23,203 nucleotides of DNA from Thermoplasmatota archaeon (GCA_030595765.1 JAUVCJ010000010.1:1-23203); one strand, 5' to 3'. Counted from the first letter of the stretch, positions 1 through 8,681 are shown. Made by a program: numbers and translations. The notes: a model not told the origin generated them from the sequence alone.

Positions 1-40
1 AGGCGATGAGTATTTATTGGCCGGAGATAATCAATGTGTT

Positions 41-91
41 GCATGTACTGGACATACATGCAGGGGAAAGTCTGCACTTTAGACTTTCCCC
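41..91. other. Two adjacent perfect hairpins (7-bp stem GCATGTA/TACATGC at 41-61; 11-bp stem GGGGAAAGTCT/AGACTTTCCCC at 63-91)
   Basis: Inverted repeats read directly from the sequence. The first has a 7-nt loop CTGGACA and the second a 7-nt loop GCACTTT. No ORF covers this region. Function is unknown; it could be a terminator or structured RNA displaced by the IS. Confidence 0.5.
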
Positions 92-143
92 ACCTACCTT
101 CATGGAGATACGGTAGCCTCGCGGTTATACTTTATAAACCACA

Positions 144-1965
144 AGAGACTGTAGAAAAGTGTGCAACATTTTTCAGTAAGTGTGTATGTTTGGTTTGATT
201 TTTGTTTACTTTCTGCCTAGATGTGGCTTTTCATCAGATTATTGTTTGATATTCTGTCTGATTTCGTCTCTGTCCCAATTTGGTGTAGTTATTTGTTCAT
301 TTTTTCTTGGTTTTCAGCATATTCCTGGTTGTTTTCGATAGCTATCGCTATCCAGTAGTTTTATCATTCGTTTCAGATTTACTACGAGCCCTGTAAGGAT
401 TGCCTGCACGTTTACTTTTTCGAGGCCGTGATAACGTGCTCTGTTCAAGCCGTGAAATCGTTTCATTTCGGCTTGTTTTGGCTCGATGTGGGATCGGATC
501 TTCATGTCCTCTTTGTAGTCGTCGGTTTTGCTGTATTTGATTGCTTTCTGCTGGATATCATAGTCTTTGTTTATTGAGATGGTTCGAAATGACCTGGGTG
601 TGCATTTGTTTTTACTAGTGCATTGTTCACATGTATTCTTTCCAAAGAAATATACCCATGAATTGTTTCCTTTGTTCCAATAATGTTTACTGGTAGTATG
701 CCCTGCTGGGCATACCATTTTTTTCTTGTCATGGTCGTAATCGAATTTGTCTTTGGAATAGTATTCGCTGTTGTTATGAGATGTTCTTGGTGGTGCTATT
801 AACACTGTTTCCGTATCTTCTGCAAACTTACGGTTGTCTATAGTGCCATAGATACCATCTGCCCTTATTTTCTTTGGAGACAGCCCTTTTTCTTTCTGTC
901 TTTTTAAGTTCCCAGGCAATTGCGAATCATCACATGTATCTCCTGGTGTTACTTTAACGTCAGTGATTATCTGACGGTCGGTTTGAGATGTGTGTGCTTT
1001 GTAACCACAGAATGTTTTCTTGTCTGATTTTGCGCCCCAACGAGCATCTTTATCAACATTGCTTACCAACCGGCCTTTACCTTTTTTCTCTCTTTGCTTA
1101 AAATCAGTGCCGTCATCTGTTTCGACTTCTTTGATATAATCGTTCAAAATCGACTTGAGTTGTTCTATATATTCACTTGTTTCAGGACTTATGTTTACTC
1201 CCATATAAGCGAAGTGATCGATGAGGCTCTTTGCATCTATCACTACCCTCTTCAAGGTAGCTCTTTTTTCTCTCTCAGCCATCTTGAACTCTTTCTTTTC
1301 ATTGTTATCCAGATAGAATTCTCTGTTAACTGGACAATCACCATCATAGGATCTCAGGATTGATACTATAGCCTGTTTTACCAAAGCGATAGTTGTTGGT
1401 ATCGCTATATCAGCAATGATATGAGTTGCATCTATCGATTGGTTCTCATATTCATCAAGCAGACTCTTCTGCTTGAACTGCTCCAATATACGATTGAACA
1501 ATGTTCTATGCATATCCTCTCCCAAAGTGTTGCGAAATTTACCCGGAGCTGTAAAATGGAATACCATCTCATCCAGTTCATATCCCACAAACCACCGATA
1601 CACAAGATTTTCCACGATCTGATTTCTGAGCTGCCGCTCAGACAAACAGTACATATACTGGACAATCTCAGCTCTGAACATAATCTCAGGATAATTCGTA
1701 ACCTTCCGACCAATATCAGGTTCATATAGATCTTTACACTCTTTGTTCACGAAAGAGAAATCGATCTCTTCATTTATTCGATATAAAAGATGATTTCGAG
1801 ATACCACATTTTTGTAAACATCCTGGCTCAAAACAAATCTCGTTTCTTTTGGCTCATCTACAAAAACCATCCCATACACCATAGCCAGATAGGTTTCTGA
1901 CTATTAAAAGATGGCTCCGATTTATTACGCTGGCTAGTGAAATAGGTAGCTTTTCTACAGTCTCT
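144..1965 (-). mobile_element. IS1182/IS5-like insertion sequence (~1.8 kb), a single transposase ORF flanked by 16-bp perfect terminal inverted repeats
   Basis: AGAGACTGTAGAAAAG at 144-159 is the exact reverse complement of CTTTTCTACAGTCTCT at 1950-1965, and the pair brackets the transposase ORF. By eye the element is more AT-rich than the flanking genes. No clear target-site duplication was seen. Confidence 0.65.
314..1882 (-). CDS. DDE transposase, IS1182/IS5 family
   Basis: 522 aa. The N-terminal region resembles the DUF772-type transposase domain (LLYRINEEIDFSFV...GRKVTNYPEIMFRAEIVQYMYCLSERQL...LVYRWFVGY). There is a central CPAG motif. The C-terminal signature FHGLNRARYHGLEKVNVQAILTGLVVNLKRM is typical of IS5/IS1182 DDE_Tnp_1 transposases. 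Confidence 0.85.
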   Translation of the reverse strand: MVYGMVFVDEPKETRFVLSQDVYKNVVSRNHLLYRINEEIDFSFVNKECKDLYEPDIGRKVTNYPEIMFRAEIVQYMYCLSERQLRNQIVENLVYRWFVGYELDEMVFHFTAPGKFRNTLGEDMHRTLFNRILEQFKQKSLLDEYENQSIDATHIIADIAIPTTIALVKQAIVSILRSYDGDCPVNREFYLDNNEKKEFKMAEREKRATLKRVVIDAKSLIDHFAYMGVNISPETSEYIEQLKSILNDYIKEVETDDGTDFKQREKKGKGRLVSNVDKDARWGAKSDKKTFCGYKAHTSQTDRQIITDVKVTPGDTCDDSQLPGNLKRQKEKGLSPKKIRADGIYGTIDNRKFAEDTETVLIAPPRTSHNNSEYYSKDKFDYDHDKKKMVCPAGHTTSKHYWNKGNNSWVYFFGKNTCEQCTSKNKCTPRSFRTISINKDYDIQQKAIKYSKTDDYKEDMKIRSHIEPKQAEMKRFHGLNRARYHGLEKVNVQAILTGLVVNLKRMIKLLDSDSYRKQPGIC

Positions 1966-1990
1966 CTTTCAATTAGCTCTTCCCTTCCAT

Positions 1991-4552
1991 CTAGGCATCC
2001 GTCTCTTCCACTTTGCCTATTCCATCCATGTTATCATTTTTCTCTTCCAATCGCCCCTTCCCATCCATCTCGGCATCTTTCTCTTCCAATTGGCCCTTTC
2101 CATCCATCTCGGCAACTTTCTTTTCCAATTGGCCCTTTCCATCCATCTCGGCAACTTTCTCTTCCAATTGGCCAATCTCTCTCACTTTGCCATCTTTTCC
2201 TTCCAATGTGTCATCTTTTTCGTCCTGGTGGTTGCTGAATTTGCTCTTGAAGGCCTCACCAATTCCTCCCTTTGTCATTCTGGAAAGGGCATCGTGCCAT
2301 TCCTGGATATTCCTCTGGACCACCGGTGTAGGTGCAATTCTCGTAGGCGTAGGAAGGATGTAAGCATCCATCTGGGTTCCGTTCCAGAGGTAGCTTACCC
2401 TGAGCCAGGATGGATCGTTCTCATTTTTTGATAGGCGGGCAAGATCCACAACTCGTATGGAATCTATGGGGATTATGAACCGTTTGATACCATTGAATTC
2501 CAATCCATCTCCTGTTAGTATCAACTCTCCAAGATTCTCATATCGTTTCCTCTCCAGGTCGCTCTGGCCTGGTTTCAGGGCAGTTCCAGCCTGTACAAAG
2601 TAGGCCATGTTCTCATATTTGACAACCCCCCTTGGCCCTCCGCTGGTCTGTCTCTTTGGCACCTCTTTTCGCTTGAGAAGCAAACCTGCAGCCAGCAGAA
2701 CGACCAAAAACGCCTCTATCAATACGATCGCCAGCAATGGTAATAGTAACGTATCCTTCTCTTCTGGCAGTTCTAGGTCAAGTAGGGAGCTTAGTTGCAG
2801 GGAATCGACACCATCTTCCAGAACAGTTATGCTCACGCTCATGACCTCATTATACTCTGCTCTCAATTCAAGTGCCTGCCCTTGGGATATCCATTTTGGT
2901 ATGAGTACCCTGGTAGAGAAGCCTTCAGAATCCTGAATCAAAGATACTCTGGCATTTGTTGCCAGGTTCGTGAGTGTAATTTTCGCTCCCTGAATGGTTC
3001 TGCCTGTGGTGTCCTGCACATTCCCAGAAAGGCTGAGCCATTTCTCGATGATGAGCTCCATCTCCATCCAGAGGTGAGCTTCTATGCTGCCAGGGTTGAT
3101 GGTTATGTAGAGCGCTGTGTTGTAGTAACCCGCAGGCAGGTTGTCGAACTCTAAGGAACCCACTCCAAGATCAGATGGATTAACTTCCTTGATAGCAACG
3201 AATTTACCCATATTATCATATATCTCGGCCACCACCGGGTTTGACCCCTGGTTTGATGTGAATTCCAGTCTGAGAGTGTCATTGAGCCCGTTGCCGCTTA
3301 GGTCTTGTGAGGTAGGAGTGGCATTAAGCACCGCACCACCTGTGAATTGAGGGTCCAGGTCCATGGTCTGGAGGAATGACCACCAGGTGCAGTTAGCTCC
3401 AAAATCGGTTTGCAAATAAGAGGGGTTGAGATATTCATCCACAGGAAACCAGATCCCCAAGCCATGAGCGTTCTCGACCGAGGTTCCTTTCGGGTCGATG
3501 TCGCTTGTCCAGTGTCTTTCCACAATAACAGCTTTGTCGATGAGATCCAAAAGCTCTCCAGCAACTTGTCTCAGCGGAAGATAGGGAACCCGGCTTTCCA
3601 GAAGGCTTGCGAAATGAAAAAGATCCACTGGCTCGGGGGTGGCATGATATTGTTCCGTATCGTTTCTAGCATCCCTTATCCAGGTGCTCAGGTGGGGGTA
3701 ATTGTCTGTGAGCAGGTTCGAAAGCTTCGATATCCCCTCAACCACCTCCTCGATCGAATCCAGGTCTATCAGAGACTGGGCGGCTGAATGGGCGCTGTTG
3801 TTCGCAGACCAGTCCACAAAGATGTTCACGATGGAGGTGCCCAGAGCCCTTCCGTCCATGTACGGGCTGCTGGCAAGCCCATCCAGTATCAAGTCGTAAG
3901 GTAACCCACGGTCGTCTTCCTCCTTCTCGGAAGCCACTGATAGGTTTGCAAGCCCCCGAAGCTGATAGAATACCTCCACCATTGCCTGGTTGCACACATC
4001 AAAGCCGATAAGGTCCAGCTTCTTTCCCAATGGAAGTATGCCATTTCTAAGCTCAGTCATTTCCAGGTAGTCGGACCCATCTGGAGATACTCCTTTCCAC
4101 CCCCTGCCATGACCCCACATTATCAGTGCGTACCTCTGGGCAGGGAATTCGTTGATAGACCACTGCAGAAAATCCTGCAGGGCATTAGCTGTGCCCATGT
4201 TCGTCTCTCCAATGCTCCACTGATCATGCCCTTCAACGTAGCTGTGAAACAGATCGGTGTCATTGTCCTGCTGCACCAGGAACCGCCTGGTGTCGGTCCA
4301 GTCCCCGTTCGTGTCGTCATGACCTGTATCTCTATCGAACTGAACCACTATGTTCAATTCATCTGTGGAGCCAACTAGCTCCATCTCGTTGAGGTCCTCT
4401 ACTGCGAGTCTTTCCAGCTCGTTATCCCCCGACATGTAGACCATGAATGTCCATTTTGCAACAGGGAGCTCTGCTGCCTGGACATGGACTCCAGGAGCTA
4501 ACAATGAGCCTGCGAATAGAAAGATAATAAGGATTGGGAACATCTTTTTCAT
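1991..4552 (-). CDS. Clostripain-like (peptidase C11) cysteine protease. Predicted layout: signal peptide, extracellular protease, Ig/CarboxypepD_reg-like region, one TM helix, 227-aa cytoplasmic tail
   Basis: WTFMVYMSGDNELE...LNIVVQFDR is the C11 N-terminal signature. The catalytic His context is IMWGHGRGW and the Cys context is LIGFDVCNQAM. The signal peptide MKKMFPILIIFLFAGSLLAPGVHVQA starts at the ATG at 4552. An ATTAATAAA TATA-like box at 4577-4585 is centred 27 nt upstream of that ATG, so the track's 4621 start lies upstream of the likely TSS. The TM helix is LLLPLLAIVLIEAFLVVLLAAGLLL followed by KRK. Confidence 0.8.
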   Translation of the reverse strand: MKKMFPILIIFLFAGSLLAPGVHVQAAELPVAKWTFMVYMSGDNELERLAVEDLNEMELVGSTDELNIVVQFDRDTGHDDTNGDWTDTRRFLVQQDNDTDLFHSYVEGHDQWSIGETNMGTANALQDFLQWSINEFPAQRYALIMWGHGRGWKGVSPDGSDYLEMTELRNGILPLGKKLDLIGFDVCNQAMVEVFYQLRGLANLSVASEKEEDDRGLPYDLILDGLASSPYMDGRALGTSIVNIFVDWSANNSAHSAAQSLIDLDSIEEVVEGISKLSNLLTDNYPHLSTWIRDARNDTEQYHATPEPVDLFHFASLLESRVPYLPLRQVAGELLDLIDKAVIVERHWTSDIDPKGTSVENAHGLGIWFPVDEYLNPSYLQTDFGANCTWWSFLQTMDLDPQFTGGAVLNATPTSQDLSGNGLNDTLRLEFTSNQGSNPVVAEIYDNMGKFVAIKEVNPSDLGVGSLEFDNLPAGYYNTALYITINPGSIEAHLWMEMELIIEKWLSLSGNVQDTTGRTIQGAKITLTNLATNARVSLIQDSEGFSTRVLIPKWISQGQALELRAEYNEVMSVSITVLEDGVDSLQLSSLLDLELPEEKDTLLLPLLAIVLIEAFLVVLLAAGLLLKRKEVPKRQTSGGPRGVVKYENMAYFVQAGTALKPGQSDLERKRYENLGELILTGDGLEFNGIKRFIIPIDSIRVVDLARLSKNENDPSWLRVSYLWNGTQMDAYILPTPTRIAPTPVVQRNIQEWHDALSRMTKGGIGEAFKSKFSNHQDEKDDTLEGKDGKVREIGQLEEKVAEMDGKGQLEKKVAEMDGKGQLEEKDAEMDGKGRLEEKNDNMDGIGKVEETDA
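2005..2199. repeat. Coding tandem repeat, 5 x 39 nt (13-aa unit of the type EKVAEMDGKGQLE) at the C-terminus of the C11 peptidase
   Basis: Units occupy 2005-2043, 2044-2082, 2083-2121, 2122-2160 and 2161-2199. Copies 3 and 4 differ at a single base. Confidence 0.85.
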
Positions 4553-4576
4553 GACAACATCAAATTGCCAATGCGG

Positions 4577-4585
4577 TTTATTAAT
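4577..4585 (-). promoter_or_regulatory. Putative archaeal TATA box for the C11 peptidase gene
   Basis: ATTAATAAA on the minus strand is centred about 27 nt upstream of the ATG at 4552, the geometry expected for a leaderless mRNA. Confidence 0.45.
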
Positions 4586-4651
4586 AGTTTTGCCGAGATC
4601 CAACCATAAAAAGAGCCTCATGCAGAGCAGTTTTGGCTGAAGTTGAGAAAT

Positions 4652-5185
4652 TCATTTACTGTTTTTCGAGATAAGAAGTTCGCTGGCGGTCAGGATCGCT
4701 TGAAAGGGAATGCCGTGCTCTTTCATGAGTGTTGATGCTCCTTCCTCTCTGTCCACCACTACCAAGGCTCTGACGACCTTTAAACCAGCATCCGTGAGGA
4801 TTTTGGCGGTTTTGACAATGGAGCCGCCACTGGTAGCCACATCTTCAACAATGGTCACGCGCTCCCCGCTTTTGAAAGCACCCTCAATTCCTTTGCCGGT
4901 CCCATGGGCCCTGTCTCCTTTGCGCACCATCAGGTAGGGAATGTTGGTTTCCAGGGAAGTCGCTACAGCTAGCGGCACCGCCCCGAGCTCCATGCCTGCG
5001 ATCCGCTCCCCTTCAACTTGCTCTGCCAGGCAGGTCGCCATGAGCCTGAGCAGGTCTGGAAGCGTGGAGGCTTTCTTGATGTTGACATAATACTGGCTCT
5101 TTTTTCCGCTGGTCAGGGTAAAATCGCCAAATTGGACTGCCTTGCAACGAATGAGGCCATCCAGTAGTTCATTTTTAATGCTCAT
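4652..5185 (-). CDS. pyrE: Orotate phosphoribosyltransferase
   Basis: 177 aa. N-terminal AVQFGDFTLTSGKKSQYYVNIK is the PyrE hallmark, and VTIVEDVATSGGS is the PRPP-binding loop. Length is typical of archaeal PyrE. Confidence 0.9.
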   Translation of the reverse strand: MSIKNELLDGLIRCKAVQFGDFTLTSGKKSQYYVNIKKASTLPDLLRLMATCLAEQVEGERIAGMELGAVPLAVATSLETNIPYLMVRKGDRAHGTGKGIEGAFKSGERVTIVEDVATSGGSIVKTAKILTDAGLKVVRALVVVDREEGASTLMKEHGIPFQAILTASELLISKNSK

Positions 5186-5252
5186 GTCACCGCCAAATTC
5201 ATAATTTCCTTCTTCTCTCCAATCAATAACTGACAGAACACTTATCTCAGAA

Positions 5253-5387
5253 CTATTTTTTCTTATCCGAACAGGCTACGCAGATACCCATCTGAACCCA
5301 GAAACAATTTGAACATACATGTTTTCCGCAATTGATGCATTTGTGGTCAAGACCATCCTTTCCGCAAATAGCGCAGGTTTCACTCAT
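5253..5387 (-). CDS. Small zinc-ribbon protein (44 aa, four CxxC pairs), not in the supplied ORF track because it is under 60 aa
   Basis: My own translation gives MSETCAICGKDGLDHKCINCGKHVCSNCFWVQMGICVACSDKKK*. The ATG at 5387 lies 4 nt after the carS stop (5392), and the TAG stop is at 5253-5255. The regular Cys spacing argues against a chance ORF. Confidence 0.5.
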   Translation of the reverse strand: MSETCAICGKDGLDHKCINCGKHVCSNCFWVQMGICVACSDKKK

Positions 5388-5391
5388 AATA

Positions 5392-5982
5392 TCACCACGG
5401 CACGTCCTTGTGTCCCATCCTGAAACCGAGGACGTTGACCCCCCGATGTAGTAGGGGGGTTATTACAATTACGCTTAGAAAGGAGATCCAACCCTGTCCA
5501 TGGACGAAGCTGTCAAGGAACCATCCCATGTCGAAAATGCAGATCAATAGCCAACTTCCAAGGAGGAAATCATACTGGTCCAGTATCGGGGTCTTGGCTC
5601 CGCGCTCCCTGCCCATTCTTCTCTTGAAATAGGAGCCTAACATGTCTCCGAGCATCGCACCGAAGGCCAGTAGAGCAACACGGAATAGAGATTGAGGAAA
5701 TTGACCAAATGTCCATGCCTGCGAGGCGCCAACAACTGATGCCAATCCGATGATTATGAGCCCAAGAGTTGTGCCACTGATGGTTCCGCCTGCCCACCCC
5801 CTCCAGGTCTTTCCATCACCCAACAATCGTTTTCCGTCTCTAGCGTTTTTACCCATGTCAACAGGCTTTCCCCCTCCGAACAGCACTGCCATGGGGTTTG
5901 CTGCGTAGGATGGGAGAGTAAGCCAGAACCCCAGAATAACAGAGACAAAGATGACTTCTAACATCCAGAATCCCAAGAGCAC
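5392..5982 (-). CDS. carS: CDP-archaeol synthase (CDP-2,3-bis-O-geranylgeranyl-sn-glycerol synthase, DUF46 family)
   Basis: The motifs PSYAANPMAVLFGGGKPVDMG, LGDGKTWRG, FGAMLGDMLGSYFKRRMGRERG and a C-terminal KDVPW parallel the Archaeoglobus CarS sequence as I recall it. The protein is multi-pass membrane. An alternative start exists at M7 (5964). Confidence 0.85.
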   Translation of the reverse strand: MLLGFWMLEVIFVSVILGFWLTLPSYAANPMAVLFGGGKPVDMGKNARDGKRLLGDGKTWRGWAGGTISGTTLGLIIIGLASVVGASQAWTFGQFPQSLFRVALLAFGAMLGDMLGSYFKRRMGRERGAKTPILDQYDFLLGSWLLICIFDMGWFLDSFVHGQGWISFLSVIVITPLLHRGVNVLGFRMGHKDVPW

Positions 5983-6189
5983 CAGGATAGTTAAGGTTTC
6001 CCTAATTGAGTAACATTTTCTCTAGCCATAGAGTTGAACTGCTCGCCCTTGGTAGAAAGTCACATCGTGATACCGTTACTGATAGTTCCTGTTTATGGCC
6101 TTACAAACCTCACTCATATCTAGAGAGCTATAGAGTGCCGGTGATGCTTCCGATGCCTTTGTTACATCCCTCCTGATAATACTCTATCT

Positions 6190-6585
6190 ATGGGAAACTA
6201 CAAGGTTATTAAAGGAGGAGGGCGTTCGGCGAAATATAACCGAACATCCCGGGGACTAACGAAAATGAAGCTCCAGCCCATTGATGACGTCAACTATCAT
6301 ATTGCCCTGAACAAGGGGCGGACCAAGGATGTTCAAATCCAATGGAAAACCGGCCAGATATGCCTTTCATTCAACAATATCTTTCTGACTGGAGAAAATA
6401 CGGTATATGAGATACCCCTGGGAGATGTTAGCTCCATTGACATCATAGAGAACGACAAGACTAAGCTACTTTTCAACCTCAATAGCATAAAGGTCTGTGT
6501 CAACTCCGAGAATCCTGCCAGGCTCAGGGCGCTTCGTCATTTTCTGCTCCCGTTCATCAATGAAAGGCCGGATGCCGGATCCTGA
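6190..6585 (+). CDS. Hypothetical protein, possibly a PH-like (bPH/GRAM-like) fold
   Basis: 131-aa ORF with no recognisable catalytic motifs. The motif IFLTGENTVYEIPLGDVSSIDII resembles LILTGDGLEF..FIIPIDSIRVVDL in the C11 peptidase tail. The alternative start MKLQPID at 6265 sits 29 nt downstream of an AAATATAA box (6232-6239) and may be the true leaderless start. Confidence 0.4.
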   Translation: MGNYKVIKGGGRSAKYNRTSRGLTKMKLQPIDDVNYHIALNKGRTKDVQIQWKTGQICLSFNNIFLTGENTVYEIPLGDVSSIDIIENDKTKLLFNLNSIKVCVNSENPARLRALRHFLLPFINERPDAGS

Positions 6586-6590
6586 TTGGA

Positions 6591-7574
6591 TTATTCACCC
6601 ACAGTGCGTAAGGTTTTTTTCCCCTTTCCCTTCATCTTAATGCTCCTTTTGGTTGGCTTCAAATCCCCTTTTTCAAAGGCCATTAGCATGTCCTTTACTC
6701 CTTCCAACCTAGGAACCTCCAGCAGAACAGCCATTGTTTTGTATCTGGGTATGATCCTGAATATCTCCTCGGCCATGTGTTTCTCCCTGGCCTTCTCCAG
6801 CCTTTCGAATCCCTTTATGCTGGTTATGTCCCTGTCCCATGCCAGTGCAAATTTCTGGGGACTATCAGCAGGATATCTACGATGTTTGAGCTTGCGAATT
6901 CTGATGCTGTGCTCCACCAGCTCTCTGCCGGATATTTTTGAACAGTATTCAAGGGTGTATCGCTCCTCGCTCATGTCTATGGCTATTAGAGGAATGGCAT
7001 TCTTCCTGCAGTAATCTAGAGCTTCGATGTATTCTGTAGGGGGTGCCTTAACCTCACCGAAGTTAGCCAGATATCGGGAGTATATCTCCTCATACCTTGA
7101 AGGGCAATGATCCTCGATATCATCATGGCTCTCATCATCTTCATCGTCATAATTGTCATCATCACCGTCTTTATCTATGTCATACTCATCGTCTTCATCA
7201 TCTTCAGCATCTTCATAATTGTCATCTTCATTAGCGCCATCATCTTCATCATTTTTAGCAACTTTAGCATTTTTCTCAACGTTGGCATCTGCATCATTTT
7301 TGACATCTTGAGCACCCTCACCATTGTCTTCATCCATTCTGGTCTCTCTTTCATCATCTGGCTCCAAGATGTCCCGTTCTTTTTGGGTTTTTTTCTGGTC
7401 TTCTTCGCCTGTTGCATTGACATGTTTTTCTAGGGCAAACAGCTGCTCTCTTGGGAGCGGAATGGTCATTGCCTGGGGTTTAAACCTCTCAAGGGCGGCT
7501 CTTACCCTTTTACCTTCGGATACGAGCCCTGGAACCGATGAGATCAATTGTATGCGAGAACCCAGGAGATCCAT
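6591..7574 (-). CDS. TraB/PrgY/GumN-like family protein with a large acidic low-complexity insertion
   Basis: N-terminal IQLISSVPGLVSEGKRVRAALERFKPQAMTIPLP resembles the TraB pattern (LIGTAHVS..S...V...I....P..V.VEL). The C-terminal AREKHMAEEIFRII..YKTMAVLLEVPRLEGV resembles the ERD.YMA....VVAVVGAGH..GI block. The track start at 7628 is a TTG that overlaps the upstream gene, so the first ATG at 7574 is preferred. Confidence 0.5.
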   Translation of the reverse strand: MDLLGSRIQLISSVPGLVSEGKRVRAALERFKPQAMTIPLPREQLFALEKHVNATGEEDQKKTQKERDILEPDDERETRMDEDNGEGAQDVKNDADANVEKNAKVAKNDEDDGANEDDNYEDAEDDEDDEYDIDKDGDDDNYDDEDDESHDDIEDHCPSRYEEIYSRYLANFGEVKAPPTEYIEALDYCRKNAIPLIAIDMSEERYTLEYCSKISGRELVEHSIRIRKLKHRRYPADSPQKFALAWDRDITSIKGFERLEKAREKHMAEEIFRIIPRYKTMAVLLEVPRLEGVKDMLMAFEKGDLKPTKRSIKMKGKGKKTLRTVGE

Positions 7575-7605
7575 TCCAATTTCTTCGTCATCCAAGATCC
7601 TCACC

Positions 7606-8580
7606 CTAATCCAGCACTTGCCTCTCAAGTATAAGCTCTAAAATAGTCTTCGGCTCGTCTGCTTTCTCAAGCTCCTTTCTGGATATGACTGGAGTACCCT
7701 CCAGACTTTCCTTTTCCGATCTTTCTATGAATATGACAGAGGGTCTCTCAACTATTGCTGAGATGGCAGCGGCGATCTTTGCCTTCCTGCGCACACCGCG
7801 TTCCTGCACGCTGATCCCGGTAAGCAGCACCTCGTCCTGGGCGCTAAGCGCATCGAAGGGGCATCTGGTCGTAGGTGTGACCCGGTATCCAAGGGAGGCT
7901 AGCCTGGTGAATACAGCCCTGTGAAAGCCTTCAGTGTTTGCAAAATCATCACTGACCTCCTCTACCTCGACAACCACCGAGGTTGGGTCCACCTCATGGA
8001 TTATGGGCTGGTCAAGAAACTCTTCAAGCCTAACAGCGGCATCGATCACTGCGCCCATGCCTTCCTCGTACATCTGGATGGTTCGTCTCGACACTCCAGC
8101 GATCTCAGCCAGGGTTCCCAGGGATATCTTGCGATGATGCCTGATCTCCCTGAGCAGTTCTCCGTCCAGGTGCACGTATAATCCTCCTGGAGCAGCGTAT
8201 ATGAAAGGAGGTATCCCCTCAACGAAATAGTTCTGGAGGGTGCCAAATGATATGATAGGTATTCCATGCCTGTAATAGACGATGTCGTCCTCGAGCCCAC
8301 CAGTCCCACCATGGGAGCCGATTATTATTGGAGCCGCACCCAAGCCGTTCGCCAGTATCTTAAGCTCTCTTGAATTGCCTTTGCTAAAGGAGTCTACATT
8401 CAAAAATACCTTGCAGACCAGCAATTTTTCGTCCCTTCGTGCAAGAAAATCGAAAGCTCCGCACCTGACCTGAGTTGGGTCTGATACAAAGAAACCGACC
8501 TTCGACAGGACATCACAGACCTGCGTCAGGAGATCTTCCCGCCGCATGAGCTTCAATACGACAGGCCTTCTATATATCAT
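7606..8580 (-). CDS. Conserved archaeal putative HTH-type (Cro/C1, XRE-like) transcriptional regulator of about 320 aa
   Basis: 324 aa. A central HTH (ISLGTLAEIAGVSRRTIQMYEEG) is embedded between N- and C-terminal domains, matching the widespread euryarchaeal family annotated as putative HTH-type transcriptional regulatory proteins. Confidence 0.75.
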   Translation of the reverse strand: MIYRRPVVLKLMRREDLLTQVCDVLSKVGFFVSDPTQVRCGAFDFLARRDEKLLVCKVFLNVDSFSKGNSRELKILANGLGAAPIIIGSHGGTGGLEDDIVYYRHGIPIISFGTLQNYFVEGIPPFIYAAPGGLYVHLDGELLREIRHHRKISLGTLAEIAGVSRRTIQMYEEGMGAVIDAAVRLEEFLDQPIIHEVDPTSVVVEVEEVSDDFANTEGFHRAVFTRLASLGYRVTPTTRCPFDALSAQDEVLLTGISVQERGVRRKAKIAAAISAIVERPSVIFIERSEKESLEGTPVISRKELEKADEPKTILELILERQVLD

Positions 8581-8681
8581 TTCCTATGATTTTTCTTTCC
8601 CTGGGTGCCTTATTGACAAAACAGTGGCCTACCCTTCCTAAAAAGGCGGCGCCAGAAAATATGGTTGTTGCTCGAGAGAAA

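Noticed and set aside
2013-2431. Plus-strand ORFs with PFPSISA repeats
   Set aside because: They are antisense to the 39-nt coding repeats at the C11 peptidase C-terminus. The minus-strand frame is continuous with a protein that has clear domains.
4553-4621. 23-codon N-terminal extension of the C11 peptidase (MRLFLWLDLGKTINKPHWQFDVV)
   Set aside because: The extension contains the TATA-like box itself. The signal peptide begins at the internal MKKMFP (4552), which has ideal leaderless spacing.
6036-6136. Direct repeat AGCYATAGAGT (about 90 nt apart) in the carS upstream region
   Set aside because: There are only two imperfect 11-nt copies, which is within chance expectation for a 23-kb window.
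7107-7433. 108-aa plus-strand ORF that is extremely I/V/F-rich and looks like a membrane protein
   Set aside because: It is the antisense reading of the GAT/GAA-rich acidic insert of the TraB-like gene, so it is a compositional shadow ORF.
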